Source: a virus. From it: DNA of 64,000 nucleotides. Positions 27,138-37,221 of this stretch are shown here, one piece after another. The notes under the pieces are model-generated. The model was not told where the DNA came from. It did no database searches and was given only the letters and a program-made list of their open reading frames with translations. Made by a program: the position numbers and the translations under genes. The stretch is from positions 1 through 64,000 of IMG/VR virus record IMGVR_UViG_3300025141_012314, one strand, 5' to 3'. Position 1 is the first letter of the stretch. Every line of letters begins with the position of its first letter.

Positions 27138-28095
27138 TAAAAACGTACTTTTTATTACCGAGAAGTGGTGTGATGCAGATCCCAAAAAAGGTCTAACCAA
27201 CAATTACCATAATCTCTTTAAGACATTTAAAGCAGTATACCCAGATACAAAGTTTAATATTGTGCACTTAGATGAATATTCAATGCTGAAAAAGAAGCAT
27301 ATTGATACGTTCATACCAAAACTTATAGATAATTTGTCCCCGGATATTGTAGTTTTCTCTCTTTTGGGGAAATCTCACCTCAACCCAACAGATGACAGCT
27401 ATAAATGTATTAAATCTTCAGGCGCTAAAACAGTCTTTATGTGGCCCGACGTATTCGATGAGTGGGGATTACCAGAGATTCAAGAGTTAAATGATAAAGA
27501 GTTCGCGGATTTACATGTTTGTTGGGGTTCTGAGAGGAACGCCAAAGTCCAACATGATAATTTAGTCTGGCTATGGGCTCCCCAAGACGAGACTCTGTAT
27601 CACCCACTACATGAAAAGATAGAACAAAGAATCCCGGTTAGCTTCTTAGGCAGCGTCAGATACCCTGAAAGACAAAAATATCTACAACACTTGATAGATA
27701 ACAAGTCGCCTATCTATATTGACGGTGGACAAAGAGAAAAGGGACTCTCTGCTGCACGATATGCAGAGTTAATGAGAAATAGTAAAATAAGCTTGAACTT
27801 CCCGCAAGGTCCACAAGGATACGACCAGTGTAAAGGTCGCGTTTGGGAGATTCTAGCTAGTAAATCGTTGCTTTTTGAGCGCAAAAACGAAGCAACCCAG
27901 AACTTTTTAAAGCCCGGTGTACACTATGTTGAGTTTAATGATGAACAAGATTTAGTAGATAAAATACAATACTATCTTGACAACGAGAACGAAAGGGATT
28001 ATATTATAAATAAAGGTTATAAGATTTTTAAGAAGAAGTTTAATGCGACAGTATTCTGGGAATCGATAATGAAGGAGATTGATTGTGAGCTATAA
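27124..28095 (+). CDS. CgeB-like GT-B glycosyltransferase (Glyco_trans_1_2)
   Basis: VSFLGS...R, SKISLNF, KGRVWE, F..GVHYV.F. Confidence 0.8.
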   Translation: MAKSDKNVLFITEKWCDADPKKGLTNNYHNLFKTFKAVYPDTKFNIVHLDEYSMLKKKHIDTFIPKLIDNLSPDIVVFSLLGKSHLNPTDDSYKCIKSSGAKTVFMWPDVFDEWGLPEIQELNDKEFADLHVCWGSERNAKVQHDNLVWLWAPQDETLYHPLHEKIEQRIPVSFLGSVRYPERQKYLQHLIDNKSPIYIDGGQREKGLSAARYAELMRNSKISLNFPQGPQGYDQCKGRVWEILASKSLLFERKNEATQNFLKPGVHYVEFNDEQDLVDKIQYYLDNENERDYIINKGYKIFKKKFNATVFWESIMKEIDCEL

Positions 28096-28915
28096 ATACG
28101 ATGTCTCAATAATGATGCCGGCGATTAGAACAAGTCAGTGGCTAATGATGTATGGAAGCATTCTGAACTCATGCAAGAAATATAGTTGGGAGTTGGTGCT
28201 TGTTAGCCCCTTTGATTTGCCCGACAACATGAAGCATCTTGAAAACATTAAAATGATTAAAGATTACAGCGCCCCAAGCCGTTGTGCACAAGTCGGTGCA
28301 ATCGCTTGCGAAGGCGAATTCTTGTATCACTGTGTTGACGATGCTATCTTTCTTCCCGATGCAATTGACAATGCTGTGGAATTCCACAGAAATAACTGCA
28401 CAAATAAAGATGTCGTCAATATGCGATACCGAGAAGGTGCTTTGTTTGGTGGTCCAACTTGGCCTCAACAATTCTGGCTCGCATGGTATCATGACGAACT
28501 ACGTTTGCCGGGTATTCCGCAACATTATAAGATTTCCTGCCATCATTTTATGAAGCTTGATTACTTTAGAGAACTCGGTGGATGGGACTGTCGCTATGAA
28601 TACGTAAATCACTCACTGCATGACCTGATGTTTAGGGTGCAGGCTGATGGTGGCAGACTCTATGACTCCCAGACGGATGCAACGACATGCAATCACTATG
28701 TTGATAAAACAGGGGACCATGCGCCCATCTACGACGCGCAAACATTCTTTGATAAACCACAGTTTGATGAGATTTACTCTGTCCCAAACGCAGCTAATAA
28801 AAGAATCAAGATTCCGCTCGACAACTGGAAGCAACAACCCGATGTATGGGAAAGAAGATTTAAGAAAAATGAAGAAGGCGAACTGCCTGAAAGTTATGAG
28901 GAGCTAGGATACTAA
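28085..28915 (+). CDS. GT2-family glycosyltransferase (paralog A)
   Basis: SIMMPAIR, VDD, LGGWDC.YE; AAGGAG SD before GTG. Confidence 0.8.
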   Translation: MSYKYDVSIMMPAIRTSQWLMMYGSILNSCKKYSWELVLVSPFDLPDNMKHLENIKMIKDYSAPSRCAQVGAIACEGEFLYHCVDDAIFLPDAIDNAVEFHRNNCTNKDVVNMRYREGALFGGPTWPQQFWLAWYHDELRLPGIPQHYKISCHHFMKLDYFRELGGWDCRYEYVNHSLHDLMFRVQADGGRLYDSQTDATTCNHYVDKTGDHAPIYDAQTFFDKPQFDEIYSVPNAANKRIKIPLDNWKQQPDVWERRFKKNEEGELPESYEELGY

Positions 28916-29700
28916 TGGATGTAGGAGTAATTGGCGTTGGTGTCGTTGGAGGCGCCTGTAAATTTGGATTTGAGTTAGCTGGACATAATGTGTTGGTGCA
29001 CGACATCGCGCTTGAAACCACGATCGATGATGTATTACCATCAGAGGTCGTCTATATCTGTGTGCCAACCCCACGTGATGACGACGGTTCATGTGATATA
29101 TCAATCGTCCGGCAGGTAATATTTGATCTCAAGGATCGAGGATATGAGGGAGTCATCGCGATCAAATCAACTGTTGTCCCGGGCACAACAGAGATACTGA
29201 GAATGCAAACAGGCATGAATATCATTTTTGTTCCAGAGTTCCTTCGCGAACGATGCGCGATTACAGACTTTACCGAAAATCACGATGTGTGTATTATTGG
29301 CTGTTCAGATGATGAAACTTTCGAAATAGTGAAAGACTGCCACGGACCATTCCCAGAAAAGTTTGTTAGACTATCCCATGCCGAAGCGGAGTTCTGTAAA
29401 TATTTTAACAATGTGTATAATGCAATGTTGATTATCTTTGCAAATAGTTTTTATGAAGCATGTAAGGATCAGGGAGTTAATTATACCAAGGTAAAGAATG
29501 CGGTAGTGAATCGCCGGCATATTCATGGCAACTACCTCGAATGTAATGATAACTTCAGAGGTTTTGGAGGCATGTGTCTGCCAAAGGACGTATCTGCCAT
29601 GGCAAAGTTAATGGAAAATACCAATGTAAACTTTTTCCAAAATCTTTTAGACGAGAATAGCAATTATGAAGTTACGGTTTTCGAAGGCATGCGAAAGTGA
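28915..29700 (+). CDS. UDP-glucose/GDP-mannose dehydrogenase family, lacking the C-terminal domain
   Basis: GVGVVG, CVPTP, KSTVVPG, PEFLRE, GFGGMCLPKD. Confidence 0.85.
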   Translation: MDVGVIGVGVVGGACKFGFELAGHNVLVHDIALETTIDDVLPSEVVYICVPTPRDDDGSCDISIVRQVIFDLKDRGYEGVIAIKSTVVPGTTEILRMQTGMNIIFVPEFLRERCAITDFTENHDVCIIGCSDDETFEIVKDCHGPFPEKFVRLSHAEAEFCKYFNNVYNAMLIIFANSFYEACKDQGVNYTKVKNAVVNRRHIHGNYLECNDNFRGFGGMCLPKDVSAMAKLMENTNVNFFQNLLDENSNYEVTVFEGMRK

Positions 29701-30599
29701 TTTCAAATAAATATGGATTTATATTTGTTCACACTCCCAAAACGGGAGGAACTAGTATTGTTGACACTTTAAATAAAGACACAGATCAAGAGTGTAAAAT
29801 ATTATATGATGCGGAAGGTGGCATATCCGCCATTTACCCCTCCCCAGAGGATTTCCCTTGGTGGGGCTCTTGGATCCAACACGCAGTGCAACGCCACACC
29901 GCGATGCTAAAAGGGCTCCAACAACAACGTATCGAAACGAACACACCAGATCTGGCATTTGATATTCCCCAAACCGGCGCCGATGCTATTTTCTCCACCT
30001 GTTCGTTAAACTCCGTTGGTAACGGCAACCTTAAGCACGTGCCATTGCGAATTTGGAGCGCGCTCATAAGGGACTCCCGCATACAATTTTATAATTCTTT
30101 TGCAAAGAAATATTCTTCAATTGGGACATGCAGAAACCCCTATAAAAGAGAGTTTTCATATTTTTTGTATCAAATAAAGTCCGGACTGCAAAAAGAGATA
30201 GAAAAAGCTCATTTTAAGGATCACAACGAAGTTAGCGAATATATTAGAAATGCATGGCAAAGGTGGTTTCTCGGAGAAAGCCTTCCAACTATTTTAGGGG
30301 AGTCTTCATTTTTACATTGGGATTCTCAAATATCTTATTTATATGATCCCTTTACTAACCAAAGGGTTACACATTTAATTAGGTCAGAACATTTAGAGCA
30401 AGATTACAACAAAATCTGTCGTGAACTTTCAATACCTCGAAAAAATGAAATTCCCTGGCTTAATACATCACCCTTTAAACAAGAATATACACCCAAAAAC
30501 ATATTAGAATGGTATACTGATGAAATGATGGACTTAATACACTCTCATCGGAAGGGCGATTTTGATTTCTTGGGATATAAAAAAGGTAGCTTACGATGA
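29697..30599 (+). CDS. Sulfotransferase family 2 protein
   Basis: FVHTPKTGGTSI, RNPY.RE.S, E.LE.D, D...LGY. Confidence 0.75.
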   Translation: MISNKYGFIFVHTPKTGGTSIVDTLNKDTDQECKILYDAEGGISAIYPSPEDFPWWGSWIQHAVQRHTAMLKGLQQQRIETNTPDLAFDIPQTGADAIFSTCSLNSVGNGNLKHVPLRIWSALIRDSRIQFYNSFAKKYSSIGTCRNPYKREFSYFLYQIKSGLQKEIEKAHFKDHNEVSEYIRNAWQRWFLGESLPTILGESSFLHWDSQISYLYDPFTNQRVTHLIRSEHLEQDYNKICRELSIPRKNEIPWLNTSPFKQEYTPKNILEWYTDEMMDLIHSHRKGDFDFLGYKKGSLR

Positions 30600-31606
30600 A
30601 AAAGATCCTCATTACCGGCAGCCAAGGTTTTATCGGCTCATACCTCTGCGCAGAGTTCCTATCAAGAGGATACAGTGTCATCGGCATCGACAACTTCTCA
30701 AAGTATGGGCCAATAACTCGCCCCCACGATAATCATCCCAATTTCAAGCTTATTGAAATGGATGTAATAGATCTCCCAAATGATAAGATCCTTCCCGAAC
30801 TAGAGGAAGTAGAATATATTATTTCTGGCGCTGCAATGATCGGGGGCATTACTTATTTCCACAAATATGCGTATGATCTGTTGGCGACAAATGAAAGAAT
30901 TATGGCATCGACATTCGATTTAGCTATTAAGCTTCACGAGAAAGGTATTCTTAAAAGAATTGTTGCTATCTCAAGCAGCATGGTTTTTGAAAATACAACC
31001 ATATATCCGACACCTGAGACAAATGTTAAGACATGCGCCCCGCCACTAAGCACCTACGGCTTTCAAAAGCTGGCAGTCGAATACTTCTGCAAAGGTGCTA
31101 GTGAGCAATATGGCGTACCGTATACGATTATCCGACCGTTTAACTGCGTAGGAGTCGGAGAAGAGGATGCGATTGGAGAGCATGAAGTAAAATCAGGAAA
31201 CATTAAGCTCATGATGAGTCATGTACTTCCGGATATTATTAATAAGATTTTGAAAGGGCAAGACCCCTTGCATATCCTCGGCACTGGCGAACAAGTCAGA
31301 TGCTATACCAATGGCAAAGATATCGCCCGCGGCATCCGAATGGCTCTCGAAAGCGACTGCGCCCTGAACGAGGACTTTAATATATCAACCCCAGTAGCTA
31401 CGTCAGTAAAAGAGTTATCAAAGGTAGTATGGAATATTCTCAATCCCGGAAAAGAGTTTAGCACAGTATCTGACGAAGCCTACGAATACGATGTTCAAAA
31501 ACGCATACCTAATACATCTAAAGCACTAGCTTTGTTAGGGTTTCAAGCAGAGATCGGTCTCGAAGAATCGGTTAGAGAAGTTATAGAATATATGAGGAAC
31601 AAATGA
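30596..31606 (+). CDS. NAD-dependent sugar epimerase/dehydratase/decarboxylase (extended SDR)
   Basis: TGSQGFIG, SSSMV, YGFQK, RPFN. Confidence 0.9.
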   Translation: MKKILITGSQGFIGSYLCAEFLSRGYSVIGIDNFSKYGPITRPHDNHPNFKLIEMDVIDLPNDKILPELEEVEYIISGAAMIGGITYFHKYAYDLLATNERIMASTFDLAIKLHEKGILKRIVAISSSMVFENTTIYPTPETNVKTCAPPLSTYGFQKLAVEYFCKGASEQYGVPYTIIRPFNCVGVGEEDAIGEHEVKSGNIKLMMSHVLPDIINKILKGQDPLHILGTGEQVRCYTNGKDIARGIRMALESDCALNEDFNISTPVATSVKELSKVVWNILNPGKEFSTVSDEAYEYDVQKRIPNTSKALALLGFQAEIGLEESVREVIEYMRNK

Positions 31607-32388
31607 GACCAGAGTTATCAATAATACTCCCCAGCATCCGCCCGGATCGCTTAGAGAAACTGTACGATTCAATACTCACATCGACAGAACGCACATTCGA
31701 GCTAATCATAGTTGGTCCATATCCACTACCAGAGAAACTCTCCGAACTTAAGAATGTAAAATACGTTAAGGATTTTGGATCTCCCGTCCGAGCCTCGAAC
31801 ATTGCAGCTTCTTTGTGCGAGGGAGAAGTCTATACATGGTTTGCTGACGACTGCATTCTATTTGAAAACAGCTTAGACAAGTGCCTAGACGAATATCGCG
31901 CCATGGGAACTGACAACAAAAATGTCCTTGTGGCGAAGTATTATGAAGGACAAGAAGGTTCTACAGAGCGAGAGACGCTCCAGCCCGATAGCTACTTTAG
32001 AGTTAACGGCACACCTGCAGGTTCGCCACATCTTCCAGACGATTGGTGGCTTTTTAATATCGCCTTTCTTTCAGCCGAGTTCTTCCATACTCTAGGAGGC
32101 TGGGACTGCTCTTACGAGGGAACATGGGCATCACATGCAGATATGGCTATCCGAGCCCAATACCTTGGTGCCAATGTAAAAATGGCACAGATTCCCCTCT
32201 TTACTTGCGATCATATGCCCGGAGGAACCGGGGATCACAAGCCGATATTCGAGTGCCAGCATCAACATGATGAACCACTACTACAACGTAAGTTCAGAGA
32301 TCCAAATTGGACTACAAACGTAAACCCAAGACTAAAAATAGATAATTGGAAAACAGCCCCAGCAGTCTGGGGAAGGAGATTTAAATGA
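31603..32388 (+). CDS. GT2-family glycosyltransferase (paralog B)
   Basis: LSIILPSIR, ADD, LGGWDC.YE. Confidence 0.8.
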   Translation: MRPELSIILPSIRPDRLEKLYDSILTSTERTFELIIVGPYPLPEKLSELKNVKYVKDFGSPVRASNIAASLCEGEVYTWFADDCILFENSLDKCLDEYRAMGTDNKNVLVAKYYEGQEGSTERETLQPDSYFRVNGTPAGSPHLPDDWWLFNIAFLSAEFFHTLGGWDCSYEGTWASHADMAIRAQYLGANVKMAQIPLFTCDHMPGGTGDHKPIFECQHQHDEPLLQRKFRDPNWTTNVNPRLKIDNWKTAPAVWGRRFK

Positions 32389-32987
32389 GCGATAAGAAAA
32401 TAGGAACGAACACTAATATGGCTGATCCCATAAAACAGACACAAGGGGTCAAACTTAATTTAGGTTGTTCTAGCCGTAAATTTCACGGCTGGATTAATAT
32501 TGACGCAAGACAAGAAGTTTTTCCAGATGTTATAGATAATGTTTTTACTCTGGAAAGTATCGAAGATTCGTCTGTAGACTTAATTTATGCTTCTCATTTA
32601 CTTGAGCATATCAAAAGGAAGGAAGTCAAAAGTGTTTTATCACGATGGAAAGCGCTTCTTCGGACAAATGGTGTTTTAAGATTATCTGTACCTGACTTTG
32701 AAAAAGTAATAAAATATTATTTACTCACTGCAGACTTAGAAAAATTACACGGACTTTTGCATGGAGGACAAAGAAATGAATATGATATTCATTACATTAC
32801 TTTTGATTTTAAGTTATTAAAAAGACTTCTGGTAGAAGTAGGATTTGCAGAAGAAGACATTCGAATCTATTCTTATAAGGAAACAGAACATTTCTTTATT
32901 GATGATGGTAGTCAAGCTCACTTGCCACATATGGATAAGGTCAATGGGATGCTAATGAGTTTAAATGTGGAGGCGATCAAAAGATGA
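32385..32987 (+). CDS. Class I SAM-dependent methyltransferase
   Basis: LNLGC, GWINID, SVD.IYASH.LEH, L...GVLRLSVPD. Confidence 0.85.
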   Translation: MSDKKIGTNTNMADPIKQTQGVKLNLGCSSRKFHGWINIDARQEVFPDVIDNVFTLESIEDSSVDLIYASHLLEHIKRKEVKSVLSRWKALLRTNGVLRLSVPDFEKVIKYYLLTADLEKLHGLLHGGQRNEYDIHYITFDFKLLKRLLVEVGFAEEDIRIYSYKETEHFFIDDGSQAHLPHMDKVNGMLMSLNVEAIKR

Positions 32988-33826
32988 TCAATCAAAGTAC
33001 ATGTGACTTATCAATTATTGTCCCGGGAATTCAACCGGAAAATTGGGAATCTCTTTATGAGAGAACCAAATTAGCAGTTAAAAACCATACATTTGAAATT
33101 ATTTTCTGTGGGCCCCGCGGCTTGCCTTCTTATTTTGATGATATTATAAATGTAAAATTTATAAGAGATTATGGAACCCCATCTAGGTGTTTTCAATTAG
33201 CGGGGTATATTGCTGAGGGGACCTATTTAACATGGCTAACTGATGATGGGGAAATTGAAGAAGACTCAATTGATTTAGCGCTCGATCTCATAAAAGAAAA
33301 AGAATCTATTGATATTGTTACTATGAGATATACAGAAAGCGACACTGAAGAAGGCCGCCAAACAGAATTTCCTCTAGAATATTATAATGTTTCATATCAT
33401 CCCGATACAAACCACCCGGGTGTCGAGTCACACTGGAAGATTCCGTGTGTTATGTTGCTTAATACAAACTATTATAGGCAACTTGGTGGTTTAGATTGTA
33501 GATACGAACACATGAATATGAATGTTCATGATCTTGGTTTCCGTGCACAACGCAACGGTTCTGTGGTCTATTATTCACCAACAGTTATAATGAGATGTGT
33601 GTGGGATCCTCATAGAAACGCACAAAATAGCCCTATTATTGCTGCTTTCGTCTACAACGATAAACCGCTTTTTCAATATGATTATGCGGCACCACAGGTC
33701 GCGAAGTTAAAACCAATATGTATCGATTATGACAATTGGAGAAACAACCATTCAGTTTGGCCAAGACGTTTTGGAACTATAGATAAAGGACAATATTTAC
33801 TTAATAAAGATAAGGTGAAAAAATGA
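32984..33826 (+). CDS. GT2-family glycosyltransferase (paralog C)
   Basis: LSIIVPGI, TDD, LGGLDC.YE. Confidence 0.8.
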   Translation: MINQSTCDLSIIVPGIQPENWESLYERTKLAVKNHTFEIIFCGPRGLPSYFDDIINVKFIRDYGTPSRCFQLAGYIAEGTYLTWLTDDGEIEEDSIDLALDLIKEKESIDIVTMRYTESDTEEGRQTEFPLEYYNVSYHPDTNHPGVESHWKIPCVMLLNTNYYRQLGGLDCRYEHMNMNVHDLGFRAQRNGSVVYYSPTVIMRCVWDPHRNAQNSPIIAAFVYNDKPLFQYDYAAPQVAKLKPICIDYDNWRNNHSVWPRRFGTIDKGQYLLNKDKVKK

Positions 33827-34758
33827 AAATTTTAGTTACGGGAGCAAATGGTTTAATTGGCTATGCTATTCGCGAAATAGCTGTCAAATACTCCCAACAC
33901 GAATTTTTCTTTAGTACTAGAGAAGATACTAATTTGATAAAGCCCGATGAGGTCGCGCGATTATTCGACCGTGTTAACCCAGATTGGGTTATACACGCTG
34001 CCGGACAGGTAGGGGGTATCGGCGGTAATCTATCCCATCAAGAGGATTATTTCTATAATAATATTTTAATGAACTCTAATGTTATTCACTATGCGTGCCT
34101 CTCAGATGTAAAGAAATTGATAGCGTTTTCTTCTACTTGTGTTTTTTCACGAGAACAAGAGACATTTGTAGAAGACGATATACAAAAAGGAGAGCCTTTT
34201 CATATTCACTTTGCTTATGCTTACGCTAAAAGAATGGTGGACATTCATATTAAGGCAGCTAAAAGACAACACGACGTCGATTTTTGCTCAGTAATACCGG
34301 GAAATATATTTGGTAAACATGATAATTTTAATTTAGAGGAAGGTCACGTGACTCCTTCATTAATTTATAAGTGCCAATTGGCAAAAAAAGACGATGACCC
34401 GTTTAAAATATGGGGAAATGGTAATGCAAAAAGAGAGTTGATATATTCTTTAGATATAGCTGAGATTTTAATACGCATATTAGAGATGGAACAGTTGCTG
34501 CCAAATAGATTATTAGTGGGGAGTGACGATGAACTTTCTATTAAAGAATTAGCAGAAAAAATAGCGGACCTTTCTGGGTTTGATGGCGAGATAATGTTCG
34601 ATAAAAACAAGCCCGATGGACAATTGAGAAAGAAATCTAACATATCTAGACTTAGAACACTCCTTCCAGATTTCAAATTTACAAACTTAGATGTTTCTTT
34701 AAAAGAAACAATTGAATGGTTTACTCAAAATTATCCCAATATTCGTGGTATAAAATAA
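33823..34758 (+). CDS. GDP-L-fucose synthase / GDP-colitose synthase (Fcl/ColC-like)
   Basis: HAAGQVGGIGGN, SSTCVF, YAYAKR, DNF....HV, WG.G...RE, KPDG. Confidence 0.85.
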   Translation: MKILVTGANGLIGYAIREIAVKYSQHEFFFSTREDTNLIKPDEVARLFDRVNPDWVIHAAGQVGGIGGNLSHQEDYFYNNILMNSNVIHYACLSDVKKLIAFSSTCVFSREQETFVEDDIQKGEPFHIHFAYAYAKRMVDIHIKAAKRQHDVDFCSVIPGNIFGKHDNFNLEEGHVTPSLIYKCQLAKKDDDPFKIWGNGNAKRELIYSLDIAEILIRILEMEQLLPNRLLVGSDDELSIKELAEKIADLSGFDGEIMFDKNKPDGQLRKKSNISRLRTLLPDFKFTNLDVSLKETIEWFTQNYPNIRGIK

Positions 34759-35288
34759 TGTATTATGTTGATAATATAAAATATAGCTCAGAGATTGAAG
34801 GAGCGGTGATAATTTCTCTGGACACATTTGATGATGTAAGGGGAAAGATTTGGACGCTATATGGCGAAAACAGCTTTCTTCCGGAATTTGTAGAAGATAA
34901 AATAACTATTTCTTATAAAAATGTTTTAAGGGGGCTCCACGGAGACGCGCGCACCGGGAAGCTTATTACATGTATTGGGGGAAGCTTTCAATTAGCGATC
35001 GCAGACATGAGGCCCGAATCGCCTACCTACACAAATACTTATATGATTACATTAAGCGATGAAAATCCCACATCCGTTTATATACCCCCGGGCTGCATAA
35101 ACGGACATCTATGTTTAAGCGATAGATGTACGTTTCATTATAAATGGACACGACCTTATGAAGGTCCCCAAGACCAAGTAACCATATTGTGGAACGATCC
35201 GGATTTAGCTTTCGAGTGGTCAATCCATAATCCCATTTTATCTGAAAGAGATCAAAATGGAACATCATTTAAAAGGAGTTGTATATGA
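34758..35288 (+). CDS. rmlC: dTDP-4-dehydrorhamnose 3,5-epimerase family
   Basis: F.D.RG, NVLRGLH, D.RPESPTY, IPPG..NG, WNDP, PILSERD. Confidence 0.85.
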   Translation: MYYVDNIKYSSEIEGAVIISLDTFDDVRGKIWTLYGENSFLPEFVEDKITISYKNVLRGLHGDARTGKLITCIGGSFQLAIADMRPESPTYTNTYMITLSDENPTSVYIPPGCINGHLCLSDRCTFHYKWTRPYEGPQDQVTILWNDPDLAFEWSIHNPILSERDQNGTSFKRSCI

Positions 35289-36487
35289 AATATCAAAACT
35301 ATAAAAAATCCAGACAAGAGACAATTAAATATCCCTTAGCAAAAGAAACTATTAACGACGAAGATGTCAATGCATTATGCGACTGGCTCAAGAGCTATCC
35401 GCGCCTGACAAAGGGTGCGTTGACTTGGCAAGTCGAAGAAGACTGGGCAAAGTACATCGGAACCAGATACTCAGTTTTTAATAACTCAGGATCCTCAGCA
35501 AACCTCTTAATGGTCGCTGCTGCAGTCCAAGCCGGACGCATCCCAAACAAGAAGATCGCAGTACCATCCGTAGGTTGGGTTACCACTATCTCTCCAGCAA
35601 TGCAGCTTGGACTAGAACCAATCATGGTCGGCTCTGACCCAGAAACATACGGCATGGATTTAGACCAGCTGGAGGCAGTTTGCGAACGCGACCGACCTGA
35701 CGCTGTTATCTTTGTCCAAGTATTGGGCGTACCGCACTACAAAGAGCGTCTGCTGGCGTTAAAGGAGAAATACGGGTTCATACTCCTTGAAGATGCTTGC
35801 GCGGCTCTAGGAGCCTCCTACGCCGACGGAAGCATGGTTGGGACAGTCGGAGACATGTCTTCATTCTCGTTCTACTTTGGGCACCAGTTGTCAACTATCG
35901 AGGGCGGAATGGTTAACGTAAACGACCCAGAACTATATGAAATGCTACTAATGCTTCGCTCTCACGGCTGGGCTAAGGATTTGCCGAAAGATTCATATGA
36001 CGAACTGATGTCTGAGCACGGCGTTGATGATTTTCATAGCCCGTTTACATTTTTTATCCCGGGATACAACCTAAGATCGACAGACCTGCAGGCATTCTTG
36101 GGCATTCGCCAGATTAAAAAGGCTGACTGGGCTGCAAAAAGGCGATATGAGAACCACTGTTTATATGCTGAAAAGCTCGAAGGATATGTAGAGTTTCAGA
36201 AGTGGGGAGACAATACTCCTGTGTCGATTTCATTTGGAGCCTTGGCTAGCAGCACCGAACATCGCCGAGAAATAGTCGAAAGACTTGTCGCAAACGGCGT
36301 CGAAACTAGGATATATAGCGCTGGTAATCTTGGCCGGCATCCTTTCTGGACAGCCAAATACGAAGAGTTTGTTGATGAGCACAGCGATAAGATTCACTCT
36401 CAAGGCTTTTTCATCCCAAACTATCCCGAGTTGACAGCAGACGAGATTGACTTTATCTGCAACGTAGTCAAAGGCGAAGTCGAATGA
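35285..36487 (+). CDS. DegT/DnrJ PLP enzyme, ColD/E1-type 3-dehydratase-like (His in place of catalytic Lys)
   Basis: NSGSSANL, EDAC, SFYFGHQLSTIEGG, RSHGW, GYNLR. Confidence 0.8.
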   Translation: MKYQNYKKSRQETIKYPLAKETINDEDVNALCDWLKSYPRLTKGALTWQVEEDWAKYIGTRYSVFNNSGSSANLLMVAAAVQAGRIPNKKIAVPSVGWVTTISPAMQLGLEPIMVGSDPETYGMDLDQLEAVCERDRPDAVIFVQVLGVPHYKERLLALKEKYGFILLEDACAALGASYADGSMVGTVGDMSSFSFYFGHQLSTIEGGMVNVNDPELYEMLLMLRSHGWAKDLPKDSYDELMSEHGVDDFHSPFTFFIPGYNLRSTDLQAFLGIRQIKKADWAAKRRYENHCLYAEKLEGYVEFQKWGDNTPVSISFGALASSTEHRREIVERLVANGVETRIYSAGNLGRHPFWTAKYEEFVDEHSDKIHSQGFFIPNYPELTADEIDFICNVVKGEVE

Positions 36488-37221
36488 GGATTCTCGTAAT
36501 AGGAGAAAGTTGCAAAGATGTTTATCAGTACGGCGATTGTGTCAGGCTCTGTCCTGAAGCGCCCGTGCCGGTCTTCCAAAGTAATCGACACCAAACGATT
36601 AATGGTGGAATGGCGATGAACGTTTACAACAATGTGTCCTCTTTATGCGAGTACCCTGTTGATCTGATTACGAACGAGAATTGGACAGAGATCTTAAAAA
36701 CAAGACTAGTCGATTTCCGTACAAATTATATAGTTTTGCGTGTAGATCAAAATGACGCCGATTATGAAAAGAGTGATATAACAAAGATCGAGTTTGAAAA
36801 ATATGACGCAGTTATAATCTCGGACTATAATAAAGGATATTTGTCCGAGGATGACATTGAATATATTGCAACGCAGCATCCAATAACATTTCTTGATACA
36901 AAAAAGATTTTAGGAAACTGGTGTCGCAATATTATGTTTATTAAGATAAATGAATTTGAATATGAGCGCACTCGACATCGTTTGGAAGAGGATATGATTG
37001 ATAAGATGATTATTACTCTTGGTCCAAACGGCGCCAAATATAAAGACGAGCTTTATAAGGTGCCCAAAGTAGAGATAAAAGATACTTCTGGTGCCGGCGA
37101 TACATTTATTTCCGGGCTTGTTGTAAAATATGTAGAAACTGGTGAGATTGACACCGCGATTAAATATGCGAATGAGTGTGCTACTGCTGTTGTGCAAAAA
37201 AAGGGCGTAACCATAGTATAA
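36484..37221 (+). CDS. PfkB-family sugar kinase, HldE/RfaE domain I-like
   Basis: RLCPEAPVP, GMA.NV..N, SDYNKG, DTSGAGDTF. Confidence 0.85.
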   Translation: MRILVIGESCKDVYQYGDCVRLCPEAPVPVFQSNRHQTINGGMAMNVYNNVSSLCEYPVDLITNENWTEILKTRLVDFRTNYIVLRVDQNDADYEKSDITKIEFEKYDAVIISDYNKGYLSEDDIEYIATQHPITFLDTKKILGNWCRNIMFIKINEFEYERTRHRLEEDMIDKMIITLGPNGAKYKDELYKVPKVEIKDTSGAGDTFISGLVVKYVETGEIDTAIKYANECATAVVQKKGVTIV

